From an uncultured Kofleriaceae bacterium (GTDB lineage: Bacteria; Myxococcota_A; Polyangia; HGW-17), in NCBI GenBank assembly GCA_964516435.1, contig CAZEZP010000051.1:70467-134466 (forward strand): a stretch of 64,000 nt of DNA. The letters run 5' to 3'. A program made the position numbers and the translations under genes. Shown one piece after another: positions 38,272-48,560 of this stretch (its first letter is position 1; every line of letters starts with the position of its first letter). The notes under the pieces were generated by a model. The model was not told the DNA's origin, ran no database searches, and saw only the letters and a list, made by a program, of their open reading frames with translations.

Positions 38272-40692
38272 ATGAACAGCAAGTGGATCTTCGCATTGTC
38301 GGCGCTGCTGGCGGCCGCCTGCAGCCCGCCCCCGGCTCCGAAACCGCAAGTCAGTCAGGTCCAGTACCCCTACGTCGCCTGGAAGCGCACCCTGCCCGCC
38401 CGCACCTTCATCGTCGAGGATGCCCAGCGCCGGCTGTTCGGCGTGGAACTGGACGAGCGCAACCGCCCGGTGGCGCTGTACGCCTTCGAAAAGAGCTCCG
38501 GCCGCAAGAAATGGTCGCGGGAAGCCGTTCTCGGACTTGCGGACCCCGAGCTTCCCTGGTCCGTCCAGGTGCACGTCCGCGGCACCACCCTGGCCTACTG
38601 GGATGCCTCCAACCAGATCGTCGGGCTGGACCGCTACTCGGGCGTCGAAAAATGGGAAAAGCCCGTTCCCGGCCGGGGCCTGGGCGTGATGGGGGAAAAC
38701 TTCGTCACAGCCTTCGAGAATGAAATCCGTCTCATCGAACCGGAATCCGGCAAGGTCACGAGTTTTCCGCTGGGCCGAAAAATCACGGATTTCCGTGTCA
38801 CACCCCGCGGATACGTGCTGGCCGTGATGGGCGACGTGGCTGCGCTCGTGGATCTCGAAAACGAGAAGCTCTCCATCCGCTGGGAATGGAAGATGGACCT
38901 CGCCGGCGGATTCCGCGCGGGATTCCCCACGGCTTCCGAAGACGCCATCGTGTTCTTCCAGAAAACCGCGCCCGAAGACGCCTTCGTCCACGTGGTGTCT
39001 TACGATCTCCAGAAAATGGCGGAAATGCAGCGGCTCTCCCTGCGGGGCATCGAAGAGAATCCGCGCGCCTTCGCAACCTTCTCGGATCGTCCCGAATTCG
39101 TCCGCCTGATGCTGCGCCCCATGCATCCTAGCGATGCGGAATGGCACACGCTGAACCTGGCCGAAGGGAAAGGAGCCGGAATCAATTACGTATCGGGAAA
39201 ACTGCCTTCCCCCTGCTACCTGGGCGCAAAAACGTCCTGGTGCGGAACCGATTCCGGCGTGGCGGCCTACTCCACGCATCCCTGGAAGGAAGCCTGGACC
39301 CAGGAAACCATCTATCCCGGCACCGAGGGCATCCACAAAATCGAAGGGGACATCTTCATCACGGCAGGCGGCTCCCGCATCAAGGCCTTTGCGGCCGATG
39401 GCACGTCCCCCTTCACCTACGACCTGAAATCCCCCACACTCAAGGAACCGCGGGTCAACCGGATCCTCGGCATGCACAATGGCGTGGTCTGGTTCACCGT
39501 GGTGGACTACTCCACGGACAAGGTCCGCAAGCGGCCCGCCGGCGAGGTGTGGGCCTACCAGCCCGGCAGGGACGTGCTCTGGCGCATCCCGGTGGGCGAC
39601 GCCCAGAACACCATGGATGCCGTGACCTTCCTTCCGGAAGCCGGCATCATCGCAGCGGCCGACGAAACCGCCTTCCTGGAGATCGCCCTCGCGAACGGCG
39701 CCGTCACGCGGCGGCCCCACAAGGTGCGCATCCTCGGGAAAGAAAGCATCCAGTTGAAGGTGTTCCAGAACGTGGCCGTACTGACCTGCACTCACGGCGT
39801 TCACGTGTTCGAACTGTCCAAGGCCAGGGACGTGGGCTTTCTGGAACTGCACCGCGAAGCGGGCGCAGCCGGCAAGGGAACCCCATTCTCCTACGCGTTC
39901 CTGGCCGCCGACGAAAGCCGCGTGTACGTGCGCGACAAGGCCGCTCCCCGTGACATGATGGCTCTGGATGCAAAAAACGGGAAGCAACTGTGGAAAGTTC
40001 CGCTTCCGGATCTGCTGGACCCGGCGGCGGAACTGCTCCCGGCCGGCCTGCTGCTGGTGAGCGCCGAAAAATCCCGGTTGCTGAACCCTGCAAACGGCCA
40101 GTTGGTGCGTGAAATGCCCGGTTCCACGCATATGGTCCGCCTGGCGGACCGCATCGTCCTCTTCCATGCCGAAAACACGAAGCCGGCCCCGGCGGCGCGT
40201 CTGGTGGCGGTTTCCTACGATCCGGCGGAAAACTCCACCTCGCCCGCCGTGCTGTGGCAGAAGGCGTTCGAGCCCCAGACCGAAGCGCCCCTGCCCGGCT
40301 TCCCCGTGGCGTGGCCCCTGTGGGTGAAGGCCGAAGCCGACTACGTCATGTTCGATTCGAAGGGCGGGCGCTGCCTCACCATGCTGGCCACGGCCGATGG
40401 GAGCCCGCAGTTGGAACTGTGCAAGGGAATCTGGCCCTGGCCGCCCATGGCCAATGAAAAGAATTTCCTGCACGCCACGGGCGCCTGGGTGGAATCCGTG
40501 CCCGCAGCCGAGCAGGGACTGGTGGAATTTTCGCTCGCCGGCCGCTTCCGGCAACTGCTCAAGATGAGCAAGACTGCCGAGGGCGCCGCCGTGTGGCCAC
40601 AATTCACTCCTGTCCAGAAGCAGACGGTCCATCTTCTGATGCCTGCCAACGCGCTCACGGCCGTCCAGGTGGCCAATCCGGATGCACCTTGA
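38272..40692 (+). CDS. Large lipoprotein with PQQ-like beta-propeller repeats (BamB-like fold), hypothetical.
   Basis: The ATG at 38272 follows ggagga. The lipobox is LLAAAC. Repeated …G.(L/V)(V/Y)A.D..(S/T)G..(L/K)W… blades are present (for example VGLDRYSGVEKWEK and ALDAKNGKQLWKV). Confidence 0.6.
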   Translation: MNSKWIFALSALLAAACSPPPAPKPQVSQVQYPYVAWKRTLPARTFIVEDAQRRLFGVELDERNRPVALYAFEKSSGRKKWSREAVLGLADPELPWSVQVHVRGTTLAYWDASNQIVGLDRYSGVEKWEKPVPGRGLGVMGENFVTAFENEIRLIEPESGKVTSFPLGRKITDFRVTPRGYVLAVMGDVAALVDLENEKLSIRWEWKMDLAGGFRAGFPTASEDAIVFFQKTAPEDAFVHVVSYDLQKMAEMQRLSLRGIEENPRAFATFSDRPEFVRLMLRPMHPSDAEWHTLNLAEGKGAGINYVSGKLPSPCYLGAKTSWCGTDSGVAAYSTHPWKEAWTQETIYPGTEGIHKIEGDIFITAGGSRIKAFAADGTSPFTYDLKSPTLKEPRVNRILGMHNGVVWFTVVDYSTDKVRKRPAGEVWAYQPGRDVLWRIPVGDAQNTMDAVTFLPEAGIIAAADETAFLEIALANGAVTRRPHKVRILGKESIQLKVFQNVAVLTCTHGVHVFELSKARDVGFLELHREAGAAGKGTPFSYAFLAADESRVYVRDKAAPRDMMALDAKNGKQLWKVPLPDLLDPAAELLPAGLLLVSAEKSRLLNPANGQLVREMPGSTHMVRLADRIVLFHAENTKPAPAARLVAVSYDPAENSTSPAVLWQKAFEPQTEAPLPGFPVAWPLWVKAEADYVMFDSKGGRCLTMLATADGSPQLELCKGIWPWPPMANEKNFLHATGAWVESVPAAEQGLVEFSLAGRFRQLLKMSKTAEGAAVWPQFTPVQKQTVHLLMPANALTAVQVANPDAP

Positions 40693-40741
40693 AAAAACAA
40701 AAAATAAAACATTTTTTTATGTAAAAATTTTTTCAAGGGCA

Positions 40742-40770
40742 TAGACACTTTGCATTTTATCTACTAGAAT
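40742..40770 (+). promoter_or_regulatory. Candidate sigma70-like promoter (TAGACA-N17-TAGAAT) in an AT-rich intergenic stretch upstream of the kinase gene.
   Basis: aTAGACActttgcattttatctacTAGAATcc lies in an unusually AT-rich 100-bp stretch (40695–40790), about 125 nt upstream of the ATG at 40898. Confidence 0.3.
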
Positions 40771-40897
40771 CCCGCCGCAGGGTGATTCGGTGCCAAAAAG
40801 AAGTTCCTCCTGGTTCCTGGGGGGAATTCGGCGGCCGGATCGACCCGGCGACGGAAAGGATTTCCCTGGCGAAACAAGAACGGCGAACGGCTCAACG

Positions 40898-43800
40898 ATG
40901 TCCATCTATCTCATTTGCTCCCAATGCAAATCGCTTTCGTATTCCCCTGAGGAATGCTGTCCCGCATGCGGCGCCAACCTGGACGGGTCCGCCGCCACCC
41001 CGCCCGAAAAACTGGCAGGAGCCATCCTGGAAAACCGCTATCAACTGGTGGAATACCTGGACCAGGGCGCCATGGCCTGTGTCTACCGGGGCGTACACGT
41101 GGAAGTGGGATCCTCGGTAGCCGTGAAAATCCTCAAGCGGGATTTCCAGCAGGATACCCGATTCCTCGAACGGTTCCAGGCCGAAGCCCGGGCGGCCGGC
41201 TCCCTCAACCACCCCAACATCCTTTCGATCATCACGGTCGGCACGACACCCGGCGGAATTCCCTATCTCATTTCGGAGTTCGTCCAGGGCATCACGCTCA
41301 ACAAGGTCATCCAGCGGGAAGGCGCGCTGCCGCTACCCCGCGCCATCCACATCGCGCGACAGGTGCTCACAGCGCTGGACGAAGCGCACGCGCACGGCAT
41401 CATCCATCGCGACATCAAGCCCGAAAACATCATGATCACGCAGTTGCGCTCCCGGGAGGAGTTCGTCAAACTGCTGGACTTCGGAATCGCGCGGCAGGTC
41501 TACCAGCAGACGCCGCGCCTGACCATCCCCGGAGAACTCTTCGGCACCCCCGAATTCATGGCTCCCGAGGTCATCCGCGGGCAGGACGCCACCGTCGCCT
41601 CGGATCTCTACGCCGTGGGCGTGGTGCTCTACGAGATGCTCACCGGCAGGACGCCATTCACAGGCACGGGAATGTTCGATGTGCTCAAGAGCCATCTCGA
41701 CAAGAATCCCGACCCGCCTTCGCGCTACAATCCCGAAATCCCGGCCGGGCTGGACCAACTCATCCTGCACGCCCTGGACAAGGATCCGCAGCGGCGTCCG
41801 CCTTCGGCCATGGATTTCCGCTTCATGCTCGAAAGTTCCCTCGCGGAAACGCCGGCGCCCACCATCCCCTGCCCCCGTTGCCGCGCCGGCGTGCAGGCCG
41901 GCCTGCGCTTCTGCCCCAATTGCGGCGCGTCCCTGCAGCCTCCCGTTTCCGCCGTGGCTCCAAACGTGCCAGCCTCACCCATGCCCATCTCGACTTCCGA
42001 GGAAATCCTGTATTTCGAGGAGGATCTGCGTCTTCCCTGCGTGGGCCGGGACGAGGAACTCGAGCAGGTGGAAGCCTTCCTCTACAGCGAACACCTGATC
42101 CTGGAGGTCAGCGGTCCCCTGGGCATCGGAAAGACCACATTCCTCAAGGAAGTCATGCGCCGGCAGGAAAAGGACGTGACCTGCTTCCTGTGCGGCGCGG
42201 ACCCGACCCGCACACGCCGCCCCTGGTTCCCGGTGCGGAAACTGTTCGCGCAGGTGCTCTCCCTCTCCGATGTGCCATCCGAAGCGGAGGTTCTCGATTC
42301 CATTGCCGGTTATGCCATCGAACCCGACGACGTGATGCACATCGTGCAGTTCCTGACGCTTCGGCCCTTCTCAGGCGAGATGGAGCGGGCCGTGCGCCTG
42401 CGCGAGCGCATCACATCCATCCTGCGCCTGTTGCTGGCCGGCATCGGCAACCAGCCGCACATGCTGGTCTTCGATGACGTGCACGAATACGACTACATGT
42501 CCCGCCTGTTCATCGACCGCCTGGTGTCGGTGGCCCGGGGCTTCCCGCTCAAAATCCTCGTGGCCTCGGAAGCGGCCCACATCCAGCCCGGCGGCGTGGG
42601 GCGGGCGCTGGTCCTGCGCCGCCTCGACGACGACGTGGTGCAGCCGCTGGTCCTGCAGTCGCTCAAGACATCCGGAGACAGTTACCACAACTACACGGCC
42701 CGCCTGTGCCGTTCGGCCATGGGGCTCCCCCTGCACGTATCCGAAAGCATCCACCTGCTTCTGGAAGGCGGCACCGAACTGGGGTCCAATCTCTCGGACA
42801 TCGTCCAGACCCGCCTGCGCCGTCTGCCCCCCAAGGCCATGCGCATCCTGCAACTGGCCGCATGCTTCGGCGATTGCGTTCCGATCTCGCTCCTCCAGTC
42901 GGCCGAAGGCATGGGCGATGCCTTCCACGATGCCCTGCGCGTGCTCATCAAGCGGGGCTTCTTCCGCCAGGACCCTGGAAACCCGGAGATCATCTGCCTG
43001 CAGCACCCGGCATACGCCCGCATCATTCCGGCACAGATGACGCCTTCCGTAAAGGCCGATTTCCATGCCATCATCCTGGACTACCTCGAGGAAAACAACG
43101 GGCCCTGCCATCTTCTGGCCCACCACGCCCTTTCTGCGGGGCAACTGGAGCAGGCCGTCGCCCACCTCGAGTGCGCGGGCAACGTCTGCGAGGAAGACCT
43201 GGACGACTACAGCGCCGTGGAGAACTACAAGCACGCCTACGACATCGTCAAGATCGCCACGCTGCAGGGGCGCGAACTTTCCCACTTCGCCCACCTGAGC
43301 GCCCGCCTGGGCGACCTGTACCGCTACACGGGACAGACGGCAGCCGCGGAGGAAGTGCTCAAGGAAGGCCTGCTCGTGTGCGAGGACAGCCCCCAGGACG
43401 AGGCCATCATCCTCAGTTCGCTGGCGCGGCTCACGGCGCAGGGCCTGCAGGACGAGGAGCGGGCCGAGACCCTCATCGCCCGCGCGGCGCGCAAGGCCCG
43501 GGAGAGTTCCGATCCCGCGCTGCTGTACCGCGTCTATTTCGACATGAGCACCATCGAAATGAACCGGAAGCGCTATTCCCAGGGCGCCCAGATGCTTCGC
43601 GAGGGATTGCGCATGGTCAGTTCGCTGTCCAACTCCCCGCTGTCCTTCTGGCGGCTCTTCCTGCGGCTGGCGGAATTCGAGTTCCAGTCCGGACAGCACG
43701 AGGAAGCCATCCGCATCCTCATGAATGCGCTCCAGGTGGGAGAAGGCCAGTTGGCGGACCTGCCCAAGGGGCGGATCCACTACCTGCTGGGGCAGTTCTT

Positions 43801-44041
43801 CCTGCGCATGGGCCGGCCGCACGACGCCCAGCCCCACATCGAGAAGGCCGTCGCCTACCTGCAGAAGAACGGGGACCGGCAGGGCGCGGCCGAGGCCTCC
43901 CTGACCATCGCGCAGAGCGCGGCGCAGAACCGCGAGAAATACATCGAGCGCGCCGCCTATCTCTCCCTCCAGATCGGCTGGAAACAGGGCATCGAAACCG
44001 TGGAGAACCTGCGCCGGCCGACACCGCCCCGTCCCCGCTGA
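40898..44041 (+). CDS. Multidomain Ser/Thr protein kinase with zinc ribbon, STAND/AAA NTPase and TPR repeats.
   Basis: The ATG at 40898 lies in the ORF 40790–44041. The N-terminus has a Cys-ribbon (CSQC…CPAC). The Hanks kinase shows VAVK, HRDIKPEN, DFG and APE. A second zinc ribbon is CPRCRAG…CPNCGAS. The P-loop is VSGPLGIGKTT and Walker B is HMLVFDDVHE. The C-terminus carries TPR-like helical repeats. Confidence 0.8.
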   Translation: MSIYLICSQCKSLSYSPEECCPACGANLDGSAATPPEKLAGAILENRYQLVEYLDQGAMACVYRGVHVEVGSSVAVKILKRDFQQDTRFLERFQAEARAAGSLNHPNILSIITVGTTPGGIPYLISEFVQGITLNKVIQREGALPLPRAIHIARQVLTALDEAHAHGIIHRDIKPENIMITQLRSREEFVKLLDFGIARQVYQQTPRLTIPGELFGTPEFMAPEVIRGQDATVASDLYAVGVVLYEMLTGRTPFTGTGMFDVLKSHLDKNPDPPSRYNPEIPAGLDQLILHALDKDPQRRPPSAMDFRFMLESSLAETPAPTIPCPRCRAGVQAGLRFCPNCGASLQPPVSAVAPNVPASPMPISTSEEILYFEEDLRLPCVGRDEELEQVEAFLYSEHLILEVSGPLGIGKTTFLKEVMRRQEKDVTCFLCGADPTRTRRPWFPVRKLFAQVLSLSDVPSEAEVLDSIAGYAIEPDDVMHIVQFLTLRPFSGEMERAVRLRERITSILRLLLAGIGNQPHMLVFDDVHEYDYMSRLFIDRLVSVARGFPLKILVASEAAHIQPGGVGRALVLRRLDDDVVQPLVLQSLKTSGDSYHNYTARLCRSAMGLPLHVSESIHLLLEGGTELGSNLSDIVQTRLRRLPPKAMRILQLAACFGDCVPISLLQSAEGMGDAFHDALRVLIKRGFFRQDPGNPEIICLQHPAYARIIPAQMTPSVKADFHAIILDYLEENNGPCHLLAHHALSAGQLEQAVAHLECAGNVCEEDLDDYSAVENYKHAYDIVKIATLQGRELSHFAHLSARLGDLYRYTGQTAAAEEVLKEGLLVCEDSPQDEAIILSSLARLTAQGLQDEERAETLIARAARKARESSDPALLYRVYFDMSTIEMNRKRYSQGAQMLREGLRMVSSLSNSPLSFWRLFLRLAEFEFQSGQHEEAIRILMNALQVGEGQLADLPKGRIHYLLGQFFLRMGRPHDAQPHIEKAVAYLQKNGDRQGAAEASLTIAQSAAQNREKYIERAAYLSLQIGWKQGIETVENLRRPTPPRPR

Positions 44042-44116
44042 GGCTGTTCGCGCCCTGTGATGAAAACCGCCCGCCGGCCCCCCGATGGGGCGGCATGTGC
44101 AAAAATTGCAGTAAAA

Positions 44117-45448
44117 TCAGGCCTTGACGATGCGATCCCGGTGATGCGCCACGCGCGCGCAGGCGTTGCGCGTGTCCACTACCAACTGGGAGTGCTCCAC
44201 GATGAAATCCCAGTCGTAGGAACTGTGATCCGTGGAAATGAGCACGGCATCCATGGAAGCCAGGAATTCGGGCGTGAGTTGCACGCTTTCCATGCGGAAA
44301 TCGTACTTGCGCATGGGGCTGACGATGGGCACGCGCGGAATGTGCGGGTCGTGGTAGAAAACCTCCGCGCCGCGGTCCTTGAGCAGTTCGATCAACTTGA
44401 GCGACGGGCTCTCGCGCAAATCGTCGATATCCTTCTTGTAGGCCATGCCCAGCACCAGCACGCGCGAGCCCTTGACGGCCTTCTGCCGGTCATTGAGCGC
44501 CCAGGCCAGTTTGTCCACCACCCACTCGGTCACGTAGGTGTTGATTTCCCCGGACACCTCGATGAGCCTCGTGGGGAAGTCGTATTCCCGCGCCTTCCAC
44601 GTCAGGTAGAAGGGATCGATGGGAATGCAGTGCCCGCCCAGCCCGGGGCCCGGATAGAACGGCATGAAGCCGAACGGCTTGGTGGATGCCGCCGCGATGA
44701 CCTCCCAGATGTCGATGCCCATGCGGTCGCACAGCATCTTCAACTCGTTGACCAGCCCGATGTTCACGTTGCGGAAGATGTTCTCCAGCAACTTGCTCAT
44801 CTCGGCCACCCGCGTGGAGGACACGGGCACCACCTGCCCGATGGCCTGCGCGTAGAGGGCTGCGGCCACATCCCGGCAGGCGGGCGTGTAGCCGCCCACC
44901 ACCTTGGGGATGGTGGCCGTGTTGAACTTCTTGTTGCCCGGATCCTCGCGCTCGGGCGAAAAGGCCAGGAAGAAGTCGCGCCCGGCCACGAGCCCCCGGG
45001 CCTCCTCCAGGATGGGCCGCAGCAACTCGTCGGTGGTGCCCGGATACGTGGTGCTCTCCAGCACCACCAGTTGCCCCGCGCGCAGATGTGGCGCCATGCT
45101 GCGGGCCGTTTCCACCACATAGCGCATGTCGGGCTCCCGGTGGTGGTCCAGCGGCGTGGGCACGCAGATCAGGATGGCATCCACCTCGGCGATGCGCGCG
45201 TAGTCGCCCGTGGCCTGGAAAAGCCCCTCGCGCACCAGTTTCTCGATGCGCTCCGGCCCGATGTGCTTGATGTAACTCTTGCCCTGGTTGATCAGTTCCA
45301 CCTTGACCGGATCCACATCGAAGCCCAGCACATGAAATCCCCTGGAGCCGAATTCCAGCACCAGCGGGATGCCCACGTACCCCAGACCGACGACGCCAAT
45401 CCTGAAATTGCGCGACTCGATGCGCGAAATGAATTCCCTCGTGTCCAT
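44117..45448 (-). CDS. Nucleotide-sugar dehydrogenase (UDP-N-acetyl-D-glucosamine/mannosamine 6-dehydrogenase family, WbpA/WecC-like).
   Basis: The Rossmann motif is IGVVGLGYVG. The catalytic-Cys region is GFMPFYPGPGLGGHCIPID. The central and C-terminal domains are typical of UDP-glucose/GDP-mannose dehydrogenases. Confidence 0.85.
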   Translation of the reverse strand: MDTREFISRIESRNFRIGVVGLGYVGIPLVLEFGSRGFHVLGFDVDPVKVELINQGKSYIKHIGPERIEKLVREGLFQATGDYARIAEVDAILICVPTPLDHHREPDMRYVVETARSMAPHLRAGQLVVLESTTYPGTTDELLRPILEEARGLVAGRDFFLAFSPEREDPGNKKFNTATIPKVVGGYTPACRDVAAALYAQAIGQVVPVSSTRVAEMSKLLENIFRNVNIGLVNELKMLCDRMGIDIWEVIAAASTKPFGFMPFYPGPGLGGHCIPIDPFYLTWKAREYDFPTRLIEVSGEINTYVTEWVVDKLAWALNDRQKAVKGSRVLVLGMAYKKDIDDLRESPSLKLIELLKDRGAEVFYHDPHIPRVPIVSPMRKYDFRMESVQLTPEFLASMDAVLISTDHSSYDWDFIVEHSQLVVDTRNACARVAHHRDRIVKA

Positions 45449-46156
45449 GACTTGCATTCCTCCACGGTCCATAGAAGATGACGAATCGCCCCACCCGCCG
45501 CGGGCTGCTTCCTGATCGGCCCGGATGGAGAGCGGCCGCTCGTTCGTACCACAAAAAAACTTTTTGCAACACCCCCGAGATTGGCTTCACGGAAAAAACG
45601 ACCCGACGAGAGCACGGCGGCAGACAGGGCATTTTCGATTTCCTGAAGGATTTCTGCAGGTTGTGGAAACCAGAAAAACGCCGAATCCCGTGCCTTCATC
45701 CGCGGATGGATAGGAAAAAACGCGAAGAGTCCGTTCCGGTTTTTGCAGATTCGATAGCGCCTGCGCGCCTCCAGCCCCCTTTGAAAACACAGGATAATCT
45801 AACGACGGACCTTTCACGGCCCGCATCCGGATTCCCGTCAGGCTTACAGAGCCCGGATGAACACGCGCGTGATGGATGGCGCCATCGCGCGCGGACCGGT
45901 TCGCGCCGCGCGTGCATGGATGGTGCTCCCGCATGTGTCCTAACGTGCCATGCCCGGCGCGCCAACGGTCCCGCCCGCTACCCGTGTCCGAGCCGTGGAA
46001 AATAGTTGGCACGTGGTGGAAACAGTTCCATGAGCGCAACCGCCGACCGCGTCATCCGATCCATCCGGAAAAACGGCAGACGAAACCGGGCGCCAATTAC
46101 TTCGCCCTGCGTTTTTGATTTTTGATTTTCAGTTTCGCATGCATGCTCAAAAAGAA

Positions 46157-48295
46157 TTAATTTTTTTCAGGAAGTGGTTGAACATAAAAATCGTCAATTG
46201 ATTTCCCGATTCGATATACCAGCACACGCTCTCCTATGAACCTTGAAATTTTGACAAGACCTGCTTCAATAAAATCTGCCATCAGTTTTTCAGTGTAGTT
46301 CCTGACTTTTGGCAACCTGTAGAGCAGCGAGACCGTCATTGGAGAGTTCAAGACTACCTTATTGAAAACGTTTGCTACGAACAGGCTTGCCGAAATGATT
46401 CTCGAATATTTTGGTGGAGCGAAATTGATAACGACTGCAAAAATTTTTGATTTTCTGAATTTCTCCATCCTTTGCAGAACATTTTCCACTTTCAGTATGA
46501 TTTTCGAAAATTTCACTACATTTTTCATATTTTTCAATCCATTAGCCAGCGACTTGTTCATATTTTGAAAGTTACGCATGCACGTGAAGAAGTTTATGCC
46601 TCCTGTAATCAACTTGGCCTGAGTCGAATCATAAAAAACAGATGAAAAAGAGGCCGATGATAGGCATGCCCCAATTCGAACAGATCGCAGCGAAGCAAAG
46701 GCTTTCAGTCCTTTTAAAATTTTTTGAACTCCAACCGTTGCCCGGGCAACTCTGGAGATTGTAAAAAATCCTTGAATTATTTTAGAGATTCGAGGAGCCA
46801 CGAATTTCGCGAAAGAATGTCCTAGGAAAGACAGCAGTTTGCCAAGAACGGGAAGTCTGTTGATCAAAACAACTACTGCTAATTCTAATAGTTCCAAAGA
46901 ACAATCTTTAAAAGATGAAAGAATTCGCTCCAAAGTTGTTGGTTTTCTTGGATTTAAATCACCAAATTCATTGACAGTATACCGACTGAAATCGCCATCA
47001 ATGTTTTTTATTTCATCTTTAAAAGTATCTATATCTATATTTTCATTATTTATTGCATCTTCAATATGCATGGCCATATATGGCACCGAATGGCAGCCAT
47101 GCTTTTCAAAAGCCTCCCATATCAACTCATTTACACTTTGCCCCGGAATCCACTCTTCTTTTTCCTGAATTTCTTGAATTGGTTTCAGGCCCAGCCAAAA
47201 AACCAGGCCGGCCTGCTCTGGATAATTTCGAACGCATGACTCGATAGTCCTCCATTGCTCAATATCTTTACGCAACGGCAAGATTTGGCTTAATAAATAT
47301 ATAAAGAGTTCATCCCTGTGCAGTATAACTTCATCAATATAAGGCCGAATCAATTCTTTAAAAATGATTGGATCTGGATACCGTTTCTTTGCGTATTCTT
47401 TCAGGTATTCATACAGGTCTCGGTCGAGAAAATACATTTCGAAGGATTCAGGAAATGAACTGAGAAGGTCAAATTCATACGCTCCGAGCCGGGCAAAAAA
47501 TCCAGCATCGACCTGGTTTGCATATTTCTTTAAAAGCCACAGAGAATTTTCAAAAAGTTCGGCATGTTTTTGAATGTCTTTCCCATGAAGCGTTTCCAGA
47601 TAACCGGAAAACCGGCCAATCCAGATTGCCTCTTCCAGTTCTTTCTTGAAACTGGGCAAATCGTCATAGTTGAATGAAAACATGCCAATGATTTGCCGTG
47701 CCGTTTTTGGAAGGGAACAGAAGGTTGTGGCCAACTGCCGATTGGTTAATGAAAGATGCGTGTAGAAAAGATGTTCATTGCTCCCCCAATTCAAGTTTTC
47801 AGGAACGCACGTCGGTACCCCCCAAATCGACAGCATGGCCATTTCAGGGTGAGCCGCCAGCAGGCGAACGCGATCCTGGATCTCTTGCTTGCTCAATTTT
47901 TCCAGTGGAAATCCGCTTGCGGGAAAAAGTGGATAAAAAGACGATGTCACTTGAACCGAAACGTTGCGGTCAAAACCAAGTTCCTGAAACCGGTTCCAGT
48001 AGCGTTTCAGGTAAGGCGACAGGTAAATGGCGTCGTAAGATATGTATTGGAATGCTAAAATGCCTTCTATTTCAATGCTTTTGGCATACTCACAGGCATT
48101 CGCCGTATTCCGGAAAAAATGAGCGATTGCATCAACATATTGGGGAAAAATGTTTTTGTATGCTTCTTCACATATATTTTCCGCCCAATGATGGGAATCC
48201 TGTTTTTTTTCTGCTGATTGTGCCTGGGAAACAAAGGAGACCAAAAAAACAAATGGCAAAACAAAAAAAAGTGTAGATTTCATGATTCCTTTCAT
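46157..48295 (-). CDS. Secreted 712-aa hypothetical protein of foreign (low-GC) origin.
   Basis: The signal peptide is MKGIMKSTLFFVLPFVFLVSFVSQAQSA. The protein is K/N/F/I-rich (AT-rich codons) with no recognisable catalytic motif. It is a long uninterrupted ORF in AT-rich DNA. Confidence 0.6.
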   Translation of the reverse strand: MKGIMKSTLFFVLPFVFLVSFVSQAQSAEKKQDSHHWAENICEEAYKNIFPQYVDAIAHFFRNTANACEYAKSIEIEGILAFQYISYDAIYLSPYLKRYWNRFQELGFDRNVSVQVTSSFYPLFPASGFPLEKLSKQEIQDRVRLLAAHPEMAMLSIWGVPTCVPENLNWGSNEHLFYTHLSLTNRQLATTFCSLPKTARQIIGMFSFNYDDLPSFKKELEEAIWIGRFSGYLETLHGKDIQKHAELFENSLWLLKKYANQVDAGFFARLGAYEFDLLSSFPESFEMYFLDRDLYEYLKEYAKKRYPDPIIFKELIRPYIDEVILHRDELFIYLLSQILPLRKDIEQWRTIESCVRNYPEQAGLVFWLGLKPIQEIQEKEEWIPGQSVNELIWEAFEKHGCHSVPYMAMHIEDAINNENIDIDTFKDEIKNIDGDFSRYTVNEFGDLNPRKPTTLERILSSFKDCSLELLELAVVVLINRLPVLGKLLSFLGHSFAKFVAPRISKIIQGFFTISRVARATVGVQKILKGLKAFASLRSVRIGACLSSASFSSVFYDSTQAKLITGGINFFTCMRNFQNMNKSLANGLKNMKNVVKFSKIILKVENVLQRMEKFRKSKIFAVVINFAPPKYSRIISASLFVANVFNKVVLNSPMTVSLLYRLPKVRNYTEKLMADFIEAGLVKISRFIGERVLVYRIGKSIDDFYVQPLPEKN

Positions 48296-48560
48296 TTCCG
48301 TTCACCTTTCCTTTCGCCGCCGCTACCGTAGCCGGGAACGGCATCGCACCGATTGGAGCCAGGCACGCTTTTGTATCGCCAGAGAACATTGAGTTGATCA
48401 AAACTTCTGCACATCTTTCCTTAATAAAGTCACCTGCGCGGGGTCCTCTTAATTTTGTTAGCGTACCACACTTGATTTACTGAATACAAGTGCGAATTTT
48501 ATTTAGCCACCTTCTGCATGGCCCGACGCCGTGGTGTGGCTTTGAGGCGTTGCCCTATGT

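Noticed and set aside
38248-40632. 794-aa minus-strand ORF
   Set aside because: It is antisense to the PQQ-propeller lipoprotein.
42371-43837. 488-aa minus-strand ORF
   Set aside because: It is antisense to the kinase/STAND/TPR gene.
44490-45632. 380-aa minus-strand ORF
   Set aside because: It shares a strand with the nucleotide-sugar dehydrogenase but is out of frame. The dehydrogenase frame has the Rossmann and catalytic motifs.
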